From the NCBI RefSeq assembly GCF_963921235.1, contig NC_086097.1, forward strand, positions 214,522,001-214,586,000: a DNA stretch of 64,000 bases, in the 5' to 3' direction. The notes beneath the pieces were generated by a model. The model saw nothing but the letters and a program-made list of their open reading frames with translations, was not told the origin of the DNA and searched no databases. Positions 51,133 to 64,000 of this stretch are shown in pieces. Position 1 is the stretch's first letter. Each line of letters begins with the position of its first letter. Source of the stretch: Mobula hypostoma. Lineage: Eukaryota. Both the position numbers and the translations under genes were made by a program.

Positions 51133-51739
51133 ATCCTAGGTCTTTGCTATCTGTTCTACCGACTGCCATATTTTTCTCTTGCTTCAATATTCAATCTCTT
51201 GCTTTATAATATAGAACTGTTGGTCAAAGACTGCTTGATGGGAGCTATTTAGAGGCCAGAGGATTCCCTCTACTATTAACCCATGGTTTCTTTCAAGAGT
51301 CCTTCCTCACCCAGGGGCACCATGCCATATCAGATCCATGGAGCTCACTTGCGTTCTGAAGCAACAGCCCTGGTGATGACTTGTGCAAGCCAGCCCACAA
51401 AAATTATCCCATATAATGCAGCAGACCGTACAACTTTGAAACATCATATCAAAGCACCAACAAAATGGGACTTTCATTATGATGAGAGAGCTGATGAAGG
51501 TGACTGTGTGAAGGAAGAGGGGGTGGGATGGCTGCAACAGTAGCTGGCTGCCAGAACTCCTTAGCAGAAATGTAATGAGCAGCCCTTTAAATGAATGATC
51601 CATGTTTGCTTGCACTACTATTGTCAAATTTCTGGCCCAATGCATGTCCTTATATCCTCCTGTAAATGGACTCCGCTCAAAGACCAAGAGAGACATTGAA
51701 GACCAACATTGATAATTATGTCAAGAATTATGTTAAGAA

Positions 51740-54246
51740 ATAGGCTATTCTGGACTGGGTTTTGAGCAATGAGGAAGGGTTAATTAGCGATCTTGTCGTG
51801 AGAGGCCCCTTGGGTAAGAGTGACCATAATATGGTGGAATTCTTCATTAACATGGAGAGTGACGTAGTTAATTCAGAAACAAAGGTTCTGAACTTAAAGA
51901 GGGGTAACTTTGAAGGTATGAGACATGAATTAGCTAAGATAGACTGGCAAATGACACTTCAAGGATTGACGGTGGATATGCAATGGCAGGCATTTAAAGG
52001 TTGCATGGATGAACTACAACAATTGTTCATCCCAGTTTGGCAAAAGAATAAATCAAGGAAGGTAGTGCACCCGTGGCTGACAAGAGAAATTAGGGATAGT
52101 ATCAATTCCAAAGAAGTAGCATACAATTAGCCAGAGAAAGTGGCTCACCTGAGGACTGGGAGAAATTCAGAGTTCAGCAGAGGAGGACAAAGGGCTTAAT
52201 TAGACAAATGTTGTCTTCACTAAGGAGGACATAAATAATCTTCCAGAAATAGTAAGGGACAGAGGGTCCAGTGAGATGGAGGAACTGAGCGAAATACATG
52301 TTAGTAGGGAAGTGGTGTTAGGTAAATTGAAGGGATTGAAGGCAGATAAATCCCCAGGGCCAGATGGTCTGCAGGATCTGATTGAAACGTATAAGATCCT
52401 AAAGGGATTGGACAGGCTAGATGCAGGAAGATTGTTCCCGATGTTGGGGAGGTCTAGAACGAGGGGTCACAGTTTGAGGATAGAGGGGAAGCCTTTTAGG
52501 ACCGAGGTTAGGAAAAACTTCTTCACACAGAGAGTGGTGAATCTGTGGAATTCTCTGCCACAGCAAACTGTTGAGGCCAGTTCATTAGCTATGTTTAAAA
52601 GGAAGTTAGATATGGCCCTTGTGGCTACAGGGGTCAGGGGGTATGGAGGGAAGGCTGGGTTCTGAGTTGGATGATCAGCCATGATCATAATAAATGGCGG
52701 TGCAGGCTCGAAGGGCCGAATGGCCTACTCCTGCACCTATTTTCTATGTTTCTATGAAATAGTGGATGCATTAGTGATAATTTTTCAAAACTCGTTAGAT
52801 TCTGGACTAGTTCCTGAGGATTGGAGGGTGGCTAATGTAACCCCACTTTTTAAAAAAGGAGGGAGAGAGAAACCGGGGAATTATAGACCGGTTAGCCTAA
52901 CGTCGGTGGTGGGGAAACTGCTGGAGTCAGTTATCAAGGATGTGATAACAGCACATTTGGAAAGCGGTGAAATGATCGGACAAAGTCAGCATGGATTTGT
53001 GAAAGGAAAATCATGTCTGACAAATCTCATAGAATTTTTTGAGGATGTAACTAGTAGAGTGGATAGGGGAGAACCAGTGGATGTGGTATATTTGGATTTT
53101 CAAACGGCTTTTGACAAGGTCCCACACAGGAGATTAGTGTGCAAACTTAAAGCACACGGTATTGGGGGTAAGGTATTGGTGTGGGTGGAGAATTGGTTAG
53201 CAGACAGGAAGCAAAGAGTGGGAATAAACGGGACCTTTTCAGAATGGCAGGCGGTGACTAGTGGGGTACCGCAAGGCTCAGTGCTGGGACCCCAGTTGTT
53301 TACAATATATATTAATGACTTGGATGAGGGAATTAAATGCAGCATCTCCAAGTTTGCGGATGACACGAAGCTGGGCGGCAGTGTTAGCAGTGAGGAGGAT
53401 GCTAAGAGGATGCAGGGTGACTTGGATAGGTTGGGTGAGTGGGCAAATTCATGGCAGATGCAATTTAATGTGGATAAATGTGAAGTTATCCACTTTGGTG
53501 GCAAAAATAGGAAAACAGATTATTATCTGAATGGTGGCCAATTAGGAAAAGGGGAGGTGCAACGAGACCTGGGTGTCATTATACACCAGTCATTGAAAGT
53601 GGGCATGCAGGTACAGCAGGCGGTGAAAAAGGCGAATGGTATGCTGGCATTTATAGCGAGAGGATTCGAGTACAGGAGCAGGAAGATACTACTGCAGTTG
53701 TACAAGGCCTTGGTGAGACCACACCTGGAGTATTGTGTGCAGTTTTGGTCCCCTAATCTGAGGAAAGACATCTTTGCCATAGAGAGAGTACAAAGAAGGT
53801 TCACCAGATTGATTCCTGGGATGGCAGGACTTTCATATGAAGAAAGACTGGATGAACTGGGCTTGTACTCGTTGGAATTTAGAAGATTGAGGGGGGATCT
53901 GATTGAAACGCTTAAGATCCTAAAGGGATTGGACAGGCCAGAACGAGGGGCCACAGTTTGAGGATAGAGGGAAAACCTTTTAGGACCGAGATTAGGAAAA
54001 ACTTCTTCACACAGAGAGTGGTGAATCTGTGGAATTCTCTGCCACAGGAAACTGTTGAGGCCAGTTCATTGGCTATATTTAAGAGGGAGTTAGATATGGC
54101 CCTTGTGGCTACGGGGGTCAGGGGGTATGGATGGAAGGCTGGGGCGGGGTTCTGAGTTGGATGATCAGCCATGATCATAATAAATGGCAGTGCAGGCTCG
54201 AAGGGCCGAATGGCCTACTCCTGCACCTATTTTCTATGTTTCTATG
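51740..54246 (+). mobile_element. CR1 LINE, young, with ~400-aa uninterrupted RT frame (52756-53961)
   Basis: PLGKSDHNMV, KSPGPDG, PGNYRPVSLTSVVGK, QHGFVKGKSCLTNL, YINDLD, KFADDTK; (TTTCTATG)n tail; small internal deletions near 52203 and 53938. Confidence 0.96.
52373..52756 (+). mobile_element. CR1 3' end of the same family nested within its host
   Basis: Closely matches 53895-54246; lies between KSPGPDGL and EIVDAL of the host ORF2. Confidence 0.88.
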
Positions 54247-54247
54247 T

Positions 54248-54520
54248 CAATCCAAATGATGGAAAAACTCTTCTCGGGTTTCCAGCCAGGTACAGGTATC
54301 AATTTTTAACCATATTTCGATGACAAACTCTGCTATCTTCATCAAGGATGATGCCTGGGCATGTCTAGTCCAGTCATCTGTCCCTCCTGACTGGCTAGTC
54401 CTCATCCAGTCAGGTGTCCCACCTTGTTTACAATCCAATTCCAATTCTTACTTAGAACAAGACAATGGTCTTCGTTAAAATTCTTTTCCTCTTGTTTTAT
54501 TTCAATAGCTTCCTAAAAAG
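54248..54520 (-). mobile_element. Penelope-like element 3' fragment (second family)
   Basis: Minus strand EAIEIKQEEKNFNEDHCLVLSKNWNWIV (GIY-YIG C-terminus-like) followed by a hammerhead-like motif at 54315-54345. Confidence 0.8.
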
Positions 54521-55229
54521 GCAGTCCCAAAAACTATTGGCATGGCTTACATCTCTCTAAAGTACTAATTGTCATTATCGTACAGAGGATAAACTGTTTC
54601 TTGGAAATTTCTCCCATTTAATGTCTGCACAGTACTTGCATTTCAAGCCTTGGATAGTTACACTTCAACAAGTTTGTAGATAATGCCACTGAAGTGGGCT
54701 GTATTATCCAAAGGATAATGCAGAAGTATTCTTTGGATACAATTAGTGAAATGAGACCACTGGAAACACCTCTGGCAGTGAGACTTTTCCAGAAGGATCT
54801 TCCTAAAACATAGTGGCCCCTTAGACAATAGCGAGTGCCGAAGACAGATGAGATAGCAGAAGGATGGGAAACATACCCAACAATCAAGGCTGTATTATCT
54901 TACTGACTTCAAAATATCATCAGCTCTCTATTCAAAGTTTTGATTGAGTTTTAACACCTCTATTCTCCCTACTAATTGCAAAATATCATCAGCTGTCTGC
55001 TTGCAGGTTTGATTGATTTTAACACCTCTGTTGTGAATGGCGATTGATCTTGTGAGTAAGGAATTCAAACATACCATATACAATTTAATATAATCAATAT
55101 CCATAGCTGATAAGCCAGATCTGTACGAAAATGTTAGTTTTCTGTTAAGACATTAGAACAGTTTGGGTGACAGGGGTCCATGCTCTTCTCCTTGCGCACA
55201 AGAAAATTAAAAATCATTTTTATTATCAG

Positions 55230-55935
55230 CACTGACTGTTACTACAACAGTGTCATAGTAGCAACCTTTCCTCAGTGTTAACAGTAGCTGGTCATTGACT
55301 TCACAAGGAGGGTTTTGGAGGTGGGCCAATGCACATGATCCTGTCTTCATCAGTGGTTTTGGAGTTGAGAAGGTTGAGACCTTTAGGATCCTAGGAGTTA
55401 AGATCATCAATAGCCTGCCCTAGTCCATCTACACAGATGCCATGGCCAAGAAAGCTCAACTATGCCTTTACTTCCTCATTTTATATCTTCCTGTTGACCT
55501 TCATCATTCCTTATCTGGATGCATAGAGACTTTGTTTGGAGATTGTTCTGCAAGTGACCCAGGGAACTGCAGAGATTTGTAAAACATATCAGCACATCAC
55601 AGAAACCAGCCTCCCTGCTACAGACTCAGCCTGTACTTCTCATTGCTGTAGTAAATCAGCCAGCATAATCAAAGATCCCACACCCCCTGGACATTCTCTC
55701 TTCACCCTTCTTCCATACAAAAGTCTGAAAACACATACCATCAGACTCAGGACAGCTTCTACCCTGCTGTTAGAAAAGCATTGAATGGCTTCCTGGTACG
55801 ATGAGATGGACTCTTGCCCTCACAATCTACCTAGTTATGATCTTGTACCTTATTGTTTACCAGCACTGCACTTTCTCCATAGCTGTTACACTTTATTCTG
55901 CTTTCTGCTATTGTTTTACCCCGTTCTACTTCAAT
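55230..55935 (+). mobile_element. Rex1/Babar 3' portion, old
   Basis: VEKVETFRILGV, KKAQLCLYFL, KSASIIKDPTPPGHSLFTLLP. Confidence 0.8.
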
Positions 55936-56134
55936 ACCCCATCCTAGATACCCATAGCGTGATGTGCATGGAGTGTCTGGGGGGTGGTAACACCTCCAGT
56001 GAAAGGGCTTGTCATGTCCACGTTGGGGCAACTCAATCACCATTGGGGCAACTCAATCACCTTTGGTCCCTACCTCTGGCTCCAAGTAGCTGTTTGCATG
56101 CATTTGCTAATATGCCACATGAAAGATATCTATA

Positions 56135-57560
56135 GTATAAGGAAGCATGGAGCTGAGGTTTATGCACTAGCATGGATAGAGGATTTGTTACCCAACAGAA
56201 GGCATTAAGTTGGGATAAACGGGCGTTATTCTGGTTGACTGTGAACGTTGATCAAAATACCACAGTGGTTGGTGCTTGGTCTGCAACTGGTAATGATTTG
56301 AAAGAGGGGACCAAGAGTAGCACATCTAATTTTGCTGATGACACTAAACTGAGTGGAAAAGCAAATTGTGCAGAGGATGCAGGGAGTCTGGAGAGAGAGA
56401 GTTAGATGGGTTAAGTGAGAGGGTAAGGGTTTGCTAGATGGAGTACAATATTGGTAAATGCTAGGTCATCCACTTTGGAATGAAGATCAGATTATTATTT
56501 AAATGCTGGGAGATTGCAACATGGTGTTGCACAGAGGGATTTGCACATGCTTGTGCATCAGTTGTAAAACGTTGGTTTGCAGATGCAAAAAGGTAAATAA
56601 AATGGTGGGGCTTCATTGCTAGAAGGAATTAAGAACAGGAAGATTATGCTGCAACTGTACAGGGTACAGGTGAGGCTATACCTAGAATACTGTGTTCATT
56701 TCTAGTCTCCTTACTTGAGGAAAAATGTACTGGCTTTGGAAATGGTGCAGAGGAGGTTCACTAGGTTGATTCTGTGGACGAGAGGTTCATCCTATGAGGA
56801 GAGATTGACTTGCCCTTGACTGTATTCATTTCAGAAGAATGAAAGGGGATCTTATAGAAGCATAGAAAATTATGAAAATGATAGATTATGATAGAGCCAA
56901 AAAAGTTGTTTCCACTGGTCCACGAGACTAGAACTGGGGACATGTTTCAAGATTTGGGGGAATAGATTTAGGCTGGAGATGAAGATGAATTGCTTTTCCC
57001 AGAGAGTAGTAAATCTGTGGAATTCTCTGCCCAGGGAAGCAGCAGAGGCTCATCATTACATCATCATCTAAAACACTGTTAGATCGATTTTGGAATAGTA
57101 GGGGAACTGAGAGTTATGGGGGAAAGGCAGGTAGGTGGAACTGAGTTCAGAGTCAGATCTGCATGATCTCATTGAATTGTGTAGCAGGCTCAACAGGTCA
57201 GGTGGCCGACCCCGTTCTATTTCTTATGTTCTTATAAAAGATTATGAGAGACCTTGACAGGGTGAGTGTGGAGGAGATGTTTCCTCTTGGCGGGAAATTC
57301 ACAACTAGAAGTCAGTGTTTAAAAATAAAAGATTGCTCATTTAAGGCAAAAATGAAATGATTTTTTTCCCTCAGAGCGTAGTGAATTTTTGGAGCTGTCT
57401 TGCTCAAAGGACAAGAGTCTATGAATACAAGAGGTAGAAAAATTCTTGATTAGCAAACGGGTGAAAGGTTGTCTATGATGGACATGAATTTCAATTGAAG
57501 TCACAGTTAGATTAGCCTCAACTTTATTAAATAGTGGATCAGGCTCAATATTAAATTTGG
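56135..57560 (+). mobile_element. CR1 RT and 3' end (to ~57235) plus a second old CR1 3' end
   Basis: LAWIEDLL, NFADDTKLSG, LEYCVHF, CAGAGAGTAGTAAATCTGTGGAATTCTCTGCCC, TTCTTATGTTCTTAT tail. Confidence 0.85.
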
Positions 57561-58977
57561 ATGAGCAGAAAATTCCTCTAATTAAATATAGAAAAGACTG
57601 AAACTATTGAATTTAATTCTTGTATCAAACTCTATTTCCTGACTGCCATTCTTTACCATCGGAGTCTCTGTGTGAAAATGAAAAATCCTGATGTCACACT
57701 TGATTCCATATAAAACTTTGTATCTAAAATCACCATTATTTCTGAGAGACTTGGTTCCCAGCTCAGAAATATCACTCAGCTCATCTTCCAACTTGTGCTT
57801 TTCTTACCTCGAGACAGTAATTAACATTTCACATTCAGGAAATTAAGTGTGTAGGAATCTTTTCCACTTGTTGATCAATCTAGGATAACTGGAATGGCTT
57901 TAAAGTTAGAGCTATCTCCTTCAGACCTGAAACTATAGAACCCGACTAGATTCAAAGGATGACAGGAATTTGAAATGCTCAGTCAATTATCAATTGTATA
58001 TCTGAAATCTTTTTTTTACCAAAATTCTGATGGATATGGGGCAAAGATGCAATATGAAGTTAGATCACAGATTAGGCTTCTTGTTGATTTGAGACCCAGA
58101 AAAGAGGGACTAAATGCGTTATTCATCTGTTTTAATATTCTTCATATAGTTTAGTTATTATTAACCATGTGAAATCTACAAACATTTGTATTTTGTGTTC
58201 AAAAATGAATGGATATGTCGCAAGAAGAGAAGATTCTTGGCAGTTACAATGAAACCCATTTTGTAGCATGCGTGCTAGATGTAACATAACAAATAAGCAA
58301 CAATTGTTGTTTGTATGCTGTTATCCTTTTAAGGAATGTACAATGTGATTTTCCTGGAGACTCATTTTTCAACAATTTTGGAGAGCAGATTCAGAATAAG
58401 AAGCTGTTTTATAGAAAGCACCCCACCTGTAAACTTGCTTGCTGGCTCCCTACACTCTTTCATGAATAAAATACCCTCATTGATTACCTCCAGTACCTAA
58501 GAGAGTTAACAAAAGAGATACTAAGATCATTTTACCTCTGTAAGTCATTCAGTAGAAGTAAAATTTTCTTTTTTGTGCAAATATTATCATGAAATGAATT
58601 TTTATTGATGCCTGAAATTTATTTTTACGTTATTGAATCCATGTGGAGCTATTTTGCATAGCTGAGAATTGCAATTTAGATGATAATTTGAACCATCATT
58701 AATTGTATAATCACCATGAAATGCTTCAGGTTGCATTACCCTGCTTCCTAAAACCCACTGTGTGTACACACAGTAACGAGAAACTACCATGGTAAACTCT
58801 CATTTATGCAGTACTTATTCACCCAGAATTTTCATGCAATAGCTATTTTAAGAAGCAATGAAAACAATTTCATAAGTTGACTTTACAAAAATAGCAAATT
58901 TAAATTTACCCTTGCAAGATTCCAAATTAATATTATTCACACATCGTCTACCATCACCCCACAGCACATTGGCTCAC

Positions 58978-59082
58978 CTTTAGTCCTCCACATGTGTTTA
59001 CTAGTGTTGGTTGGTTCCAGTTGCCTTTCCTAAACTGCATTGTAGTTTTCAATTTATCCGCGGTGTTGGATAGGAACACTCC
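58978..59082 (-). CDS. Candidate internal exon of an unidentified gene (GVFLSNTADKLKTTMQFRKGNWNQPTLVNTCGGLK)
   Basis: Strong acceptor cttctctttctacctttgcAG, donor AAG|GTGAGC, 105 nt (phase 0-0), only one frame open. Confidence 0.42.
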
Positions 59083-59307
59083 CTGCAAAGGTAGAAAGAG
59101 AAGCTTGTTGCTCTAACATTGAAACTGAAGCTGGAAGCAAGTTGAAGATTGGAAAAAGAGTAATACTCTTACGAAATAATTCAAGATTGGTTCCTCAAAG
59201 ATTTATTATGTTAGATCACAAAGTGAAAAGCTTACAAGGTCTTCCTGAACTGAGTAATAAAGGAGTTGAAAAGCAGCATACGATGCACACTGCAAAACTT
59301 GATAACT

Positions 59308-59620
59308 GAACATAGAACGGTACAGCACTTTGGCCCAAGATGTTATGCCAAACTAATTAAACTAGTTGTTAAATATCTAACTAATCTAATCCCTCAGACA
59401 ATGCCTATATCAAACAAACCTCTGCATATTTATGTACTGATCTAAGAACTTAAATGCCTCTATTGTGTTAGCTTCTACTTCTACCCTTGCAGTTCATTCC
59501 ATGCACCACCACTCTGTGTAAAACAGAAACTTGCCTTGCACATCTTCTATGAACTTTCCCCCTCTCATCTTATATGCATGCCCTCTAGTATGAGGCATTT
59601 TGACCACTGTGAAGATTAGA
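59308..59620 (-). mobile_element. CR1 3' fragment, old
   Basis: AACATAGAACGGTACAGCAC tail, CACCACTCTGTGTAAAA, ATGCCCTCTAGTA. Confidence 0.75.
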
Positions 59621-60519
59621 GTGCCTTTTCTCAGGGATGGCTCGTACTATTCAATGTTCCACATGGAATTCAAGGGTAAGATGTTTCCAGCTGGTTATTT
59701 TTGTGAAACTTACAATAATTCCATTTTTGAACGTGATCTGACTATTGTGCAAACGAAGACTAGAGCATGCATAAATTGCTTGCAAAGCCTCCATAAGGTT
59801 TTGTTTTAATGAAAATAAGTGCAAACAATGAATGTTACTTCAAGTATTATGCAAAAATATTTATTTGCATTTATACATAAAAGCTGATTAACAGCAACAT
59901 CCTCTTTGAAGATGGGACACTTCATGTGATGGTGAGTACTTTTTGAGGTAATTTAATTTAGTTTTGCTCTATTTCACATCAACACTGATTATCCTTAAAA
60001 TATAGAATTGCATTGCAAAATGTTATTTCAAAGGTACGGAGATGACATATAGTTAGTCAATTTATTTAAATATTTATGCACTGAATACATCTGTGATGTG
60101 AAGTAATTTATTTTCTGAATACTGTAATTCTCATGCAACTAGCATTCACCAGCCCTCATTCCCCATGGTTGCTGGACAATTGCGAGTTTACTGTTACAAT
60201 GTCAAGTGGAAAAGCAAAAATCCTTATCTTCTAACTTCCCAGTTTTCTTCATGAATCAAACCAGGCACTTTGTCCTAATTGTTAACTTAATGAAATGGTT
60301 TTCTTTATGAGTGAATCTATGGAAGCCAACCTTAAATACACATCCTGTCAACTAAAGCTGTGTATGTATAATTTTTTAGGCAAGAATTAGTTTTAATGAT
60401 TGGAAACAGCAAGACTGCTTGAATGTCTTGTATGTAGCAGGAGAGTATTCCATTTCTACTGACCCTTACTCAAGGTGGTCTAATATAGAACAGTTAATGC
60501 TGAGGACTTTTTCTCATTT

Positions 60520-61490
60520 CTGGGATCTAGGCAACTAAAGTAATGTCAGCATTAATTTCCCATTTCTAGTTGCCTTTGAGAAGTTGTTGGAGCACCATCT
60601 TCTTGTACTACAAGAGTTCTATGTGAAAGTAGTCTCAAAATATCATTGGATAGGGAATTCCATGCGTCTGACTTGGCTATGATGACGTACCATCGAAATG
60701 GAGGGAAACCGGCAGGTATTGGTGCAAGAAGGACCTGCTGTTCTTATCCTTCTTGTAGAATAGAGGTTGTGGGTTTCAAATGTTCTGCTGGAATTGCCAG
60801 GGTGACTAGTTATAGTGGATTTTGTCAATGGCATTCACTGTGGATACTGTGAACTATTGGTAGAGGAAATTGATCTTTATAGTTGTTGATGTTGTACCAG
60901 TCAAATGGGTTGGTTTTGCTTTAGATGGCATTTAGTTTCCTCAATTCATCCGGCAAGTGGGATTATTCCAGTTTCTGCCCTATGCCTTGGAGGTGACAGA
61001 AAGACACTGTGTGTTACACACCGCAAGATACCAGCTTCTGACATGTAGCTATAGCCACAGTGTTTATGTGGTTACCCAGATGAGTTTCTGGTCACTTGCA
61101 GCCCTCTGGAACTTAATAGCTGGGAATATTTCAGCCCATGTCTGAATATTGTTCAGGGCTTGCTGCATTGTAAGCATGGGTTGCTTCATTTGCTGAGCAT
61201 TTCCAAATGGAAGTGAGCATTTTACAATAATCAGCAACATTTTTTAAATTTCTGATCTTATGATGGAAAGAAGATCCAACGATGAAAAAAAACTAATTGG
61301 TTGGGTCAGGAAACTTCCTTGAGTATCCTTGGCAATGGTGTCCTCTCACTGATTGAACTGCAATTGTTATATTCATCTTGGTTTGTACAAGATATGACTC
61401 CAGTCACTGGAGTGTTTTTCCTTTGCTGACCATTGATTGTGGTTCTACTCAGGCTCCTTTATGTGACATTGATGTCAAGGGAAGTATGAC
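60520..61490 (-). mobile_element. Very old CR1-like LINE RT and 3' end
   Basis: Minus strand LDI, KGKTLQ*LESYL, QGS decayed RT motifs. Confidence 0.55.
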
Positions 61491-63490
61491 ACACTGCTAG
61501 TGTCTTCCATAGTGAAGGCTGATGCAATGTACCCATTAAATTCATCTGCTATTTCTTTGCCCCCCATTACTACCTCGCCAGCATAATTTTCCGGTGGTCT
61601 AATTTCAACTCTCACCTCCATTTTACTCTTTTATATAACTGAAAAAACTTTTACTATCCTGCTTTATATTATTGGCTAGTCTGCCCTCATATTTTATCTT
61701 TTCCCTTCTTATAACCTTTTTAGTTGCCTTTTGTCAGATTTTAAAAGTTTCCCAATCATCCAACTTCCCACTCACTTTTGCTACAGAGTTACAGAATACA
61801 CGTGGACTAAGATGTTAACTGCCCTGTTCTATCACCAGTGGGATCATCAGTTGATCTGCCACCTGTCTTCTGGAGTTTTGGCCCGCTTATGATCAAGATT
61901 CCCTCAAGGTGGTGGGCCAGCACCTTGCTACACCTTTCCTTGGTTTTTATGCAGTCCTTCATGTTGCTTGTCAGTCACGGTTGCCTACACCTGCCATTTG
62001 AAAACTACCTCTTCTGTGGGACATATCTATCCTGTGCCTTGTGAGCTATTCCCAGAAACTTCAGCCACCTCTGTTTTGCTGTCATCCCTGCCAGTATTCT
62101 CCTCCAATCCACCTGGGCAAGCTCCTCTCTCATGCCTCTGTAATACCCTTTATTCCATTGTGATACTGATACATGTGAGTTATGCTTCTCCCTCTCAAAT
62201 CGCAGTATGGATTCAATCATATTATGATCACTGCCTGCTAAGGGTTCCTTTACATTAAACGCCCTAGTAAGATCTGGGTTATTAGACAACCCCCAATCTA
62301 AGATAGCCTTTCCCCGAGTATGCTCAAGCACAGGCTGCTGTAAAAAGTCATCTCGTAGGCACTCAACAAATACTCTCTCTTGCAATCCGACATCAACCTA
62401 ATTTTCTCAATCCCCTTGCATGTTGAAGTCCCCCATTACAATTGTGACATTACCCTTATTACATGCCTTTTCCAGCTCCCTTTGCAATCTCAACCCTACA
62501 TTTTGGAGGCCCATATATGATTCCCATAATGGTTTTTTTTCCCCACTCTTGCAGTTTCTTAACTCCACCCACAAAGATTCAACTTTCTCTGACTCTCTGT
62601 CACCTCTTTCTAAAGATATAATTCCATATCTTACCAACAGAGCCACCACCGTCCATGCCTTCTTGCCTGTCCTTTTGATACAAAATATATCCTTTGATAT
62701 TAAGCTCCCAACTATGACCTTCTTTCAGCCATGACTCTCTGATGCCCCCAACGTCATACCAAATAATCTCTAATTGCGCCACGAGTTCATCCACCTTATT
62801 CTGAATGTTATGCACCTTCGAATATAGGACCTTCAGTCCTGCATTCTTCATCCTTTCGAATTTTGCCTCTGTGGTACAATTTAGCTCTTTGATCTGTCTG
62901 CATTTGTACCCAGTCATTGGCTTGTCCTTCCTTACATTCATGTTACACCCATCATCTACTCGTAAATCCGGCGGCTTATCCTCAGCTCAGCCCACAAGAA
63001 TATTGGTCTCTCTTGGGTTTAAGTGCAACCTGTCCCTTTTTATACAGGTCCCAGCTGCCAGAAGAGGTCACAATGATCCAAAAATCTGAATCCCTGCCCC
63101 TTGCTCTATTTCTTCAGTCAAGTTGTCTGTTACCTCACTTTATTCCTATCCTCACTGTTGCGTGGTGCAGGTAGCAATCCCAAGATTACTACCCTTGAGG
63201 TCCTGCTTATTCTTTTCCTTTTCTGAACTTTATCTTTTTCTTTATTTTGAAGACTTCAGTAATCTCTCTTGCATGCTGCTTTCTTTTTACTTTATCCTTA
63301 CTTTTCCAAGCTGTTGAACCCCTCTCCCTATTATTTAGTTTAAAGCCTTATCCACAATCTTAGTTGTGTGATTTGCCAGGACCCTGGTCCCAGTATAGAT
63401 CAGATGGAGCCCCTCCGATTGGAACAGCTTCCTCCTTCTATAATTCTGTTGTCAGTGTCCTATAAATTCAAACCCACTTCTCCCACACCT
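61490..63490 (-). mobile_element. CR1 LINE 5' part (ORF1 esterase-like remnants and ORF2 endonuclease)
   Basis: LKVLY...IQNKVDEL, GIRESWL, VESLWVELRN, IVMGDFN, PLAGSDHNMI; ORF1-like remnants near 63000-63490. Confidence 0.88.
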
Positions 63491-63606
63491 GTCTGTCTGT
63501 ATCTTGTTTTACGGCAGTTGGCATCCAGCTTAATGGTGCATTACCGCCACCCTCTGCTCCAGAATGTGCACTAGACATACATTCTAAATCCCTTCACCCA
63601 ATCTCT

Positions 63607-63638
<32 letters not shown>

Positions 63639-63815
63639 CAAACCTACACTTCACCCTCCCATCTTTGAGCATCCTAGTATCCTATTCCTGTTTATTCGTC
63701 ATATTCTATAAAAAACCCCTGTACCCCTTAAAAACGCTAAAAATACCCGGACTTGTGCTCTCTCACCCATGCCCAGCAACCTTTTTAATGTAAATTCCTG
63801 CATCCCCAACTCCCT
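63490..63815 (-). mobile_element. Nimb/I-clade LINE 3' end
   Basis: Minus strand ends ELGMQEFTLKRLLG...VFLAFLRGTGVFYRI*, then 3' UTR GGTGGCGGTAATGCACC...GCCGTAAAAC and (CAGA)n tail. Confidence 0.6.
63607..63640 (+). repeat. (CA)n microsatellite
   Basis: About 16 CA units with one interruption. Confidence 0.95.
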
Positions 63816-64000
63816 TAATTTATTTTTTATCATCTCTCTGTATCCCATACTTCCTGCAACTCAGAACTACATGTTCTACTGACTCCTCTTCCTGACATTC
63901 CTCACACAATCCTGTCTGGTGTTTCCCTATCATTTTCAATGTTTTGTTTAATGCACAGTGCCCCAGCCTTAACCTAGTCCACACAATTTCCTCTCTTCTG

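Noticed and set aside
51283..51696. Overlapping 86-aa (+) and 129-aa (-) ORFs in non-repeat sequence
   Set aside because: No recognisable motif or convincing splice/phase support.
54910..55029. ~69-bp period tandem duplication (also 20-bp duplication at 56023-56061)
   Set aside because: Two diverged copies only; ordinary local duplication.

Overview
Eukaryotic, AT-rich, repeat-dense genomic DNA. The repeat repertoire points to a cartilaginous fish, probably a ray (inference). Well over half of the window is transposable-element debris: many CR1 LINE copies from young (uninterrupted 360- and ~400-aa RT frames) to very old, several Rex1/Babar LINEs, Penelope-like fragments with hammerhead-like motifs, a full-length dead Tc1 (DD34E), a Tc1-derived non-autonomous element, tRNA-derived SINEs, a Nimb/I-clade 3' end and an L1-like tail. 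Nearly all long ORFs in the track are TE-derived or antisense to TEs. No complete host gene, rRNA, tRNA gene or CRISPR array is supported. Three short minus-strand segments with good splice signals and one open frame may be exons of a large unidentified gene. The most unusual signal is a set of ~0.63-0.86 kb non-coding retroelements with an L1-like AAGATGGC (YY1-type) head and a LINE-type tail (stem-loop plus (AATCT)n in the three-copy family), all three copies of which carry short inverted filler DNA at the 5' junction. A 190-bp Penelope-derived insertion with a perfect 54-bp inverted repeat and a 15-bp TSD also stands out. Family assignments come from motif recognition by eye; boundaries of old elements are approximate.
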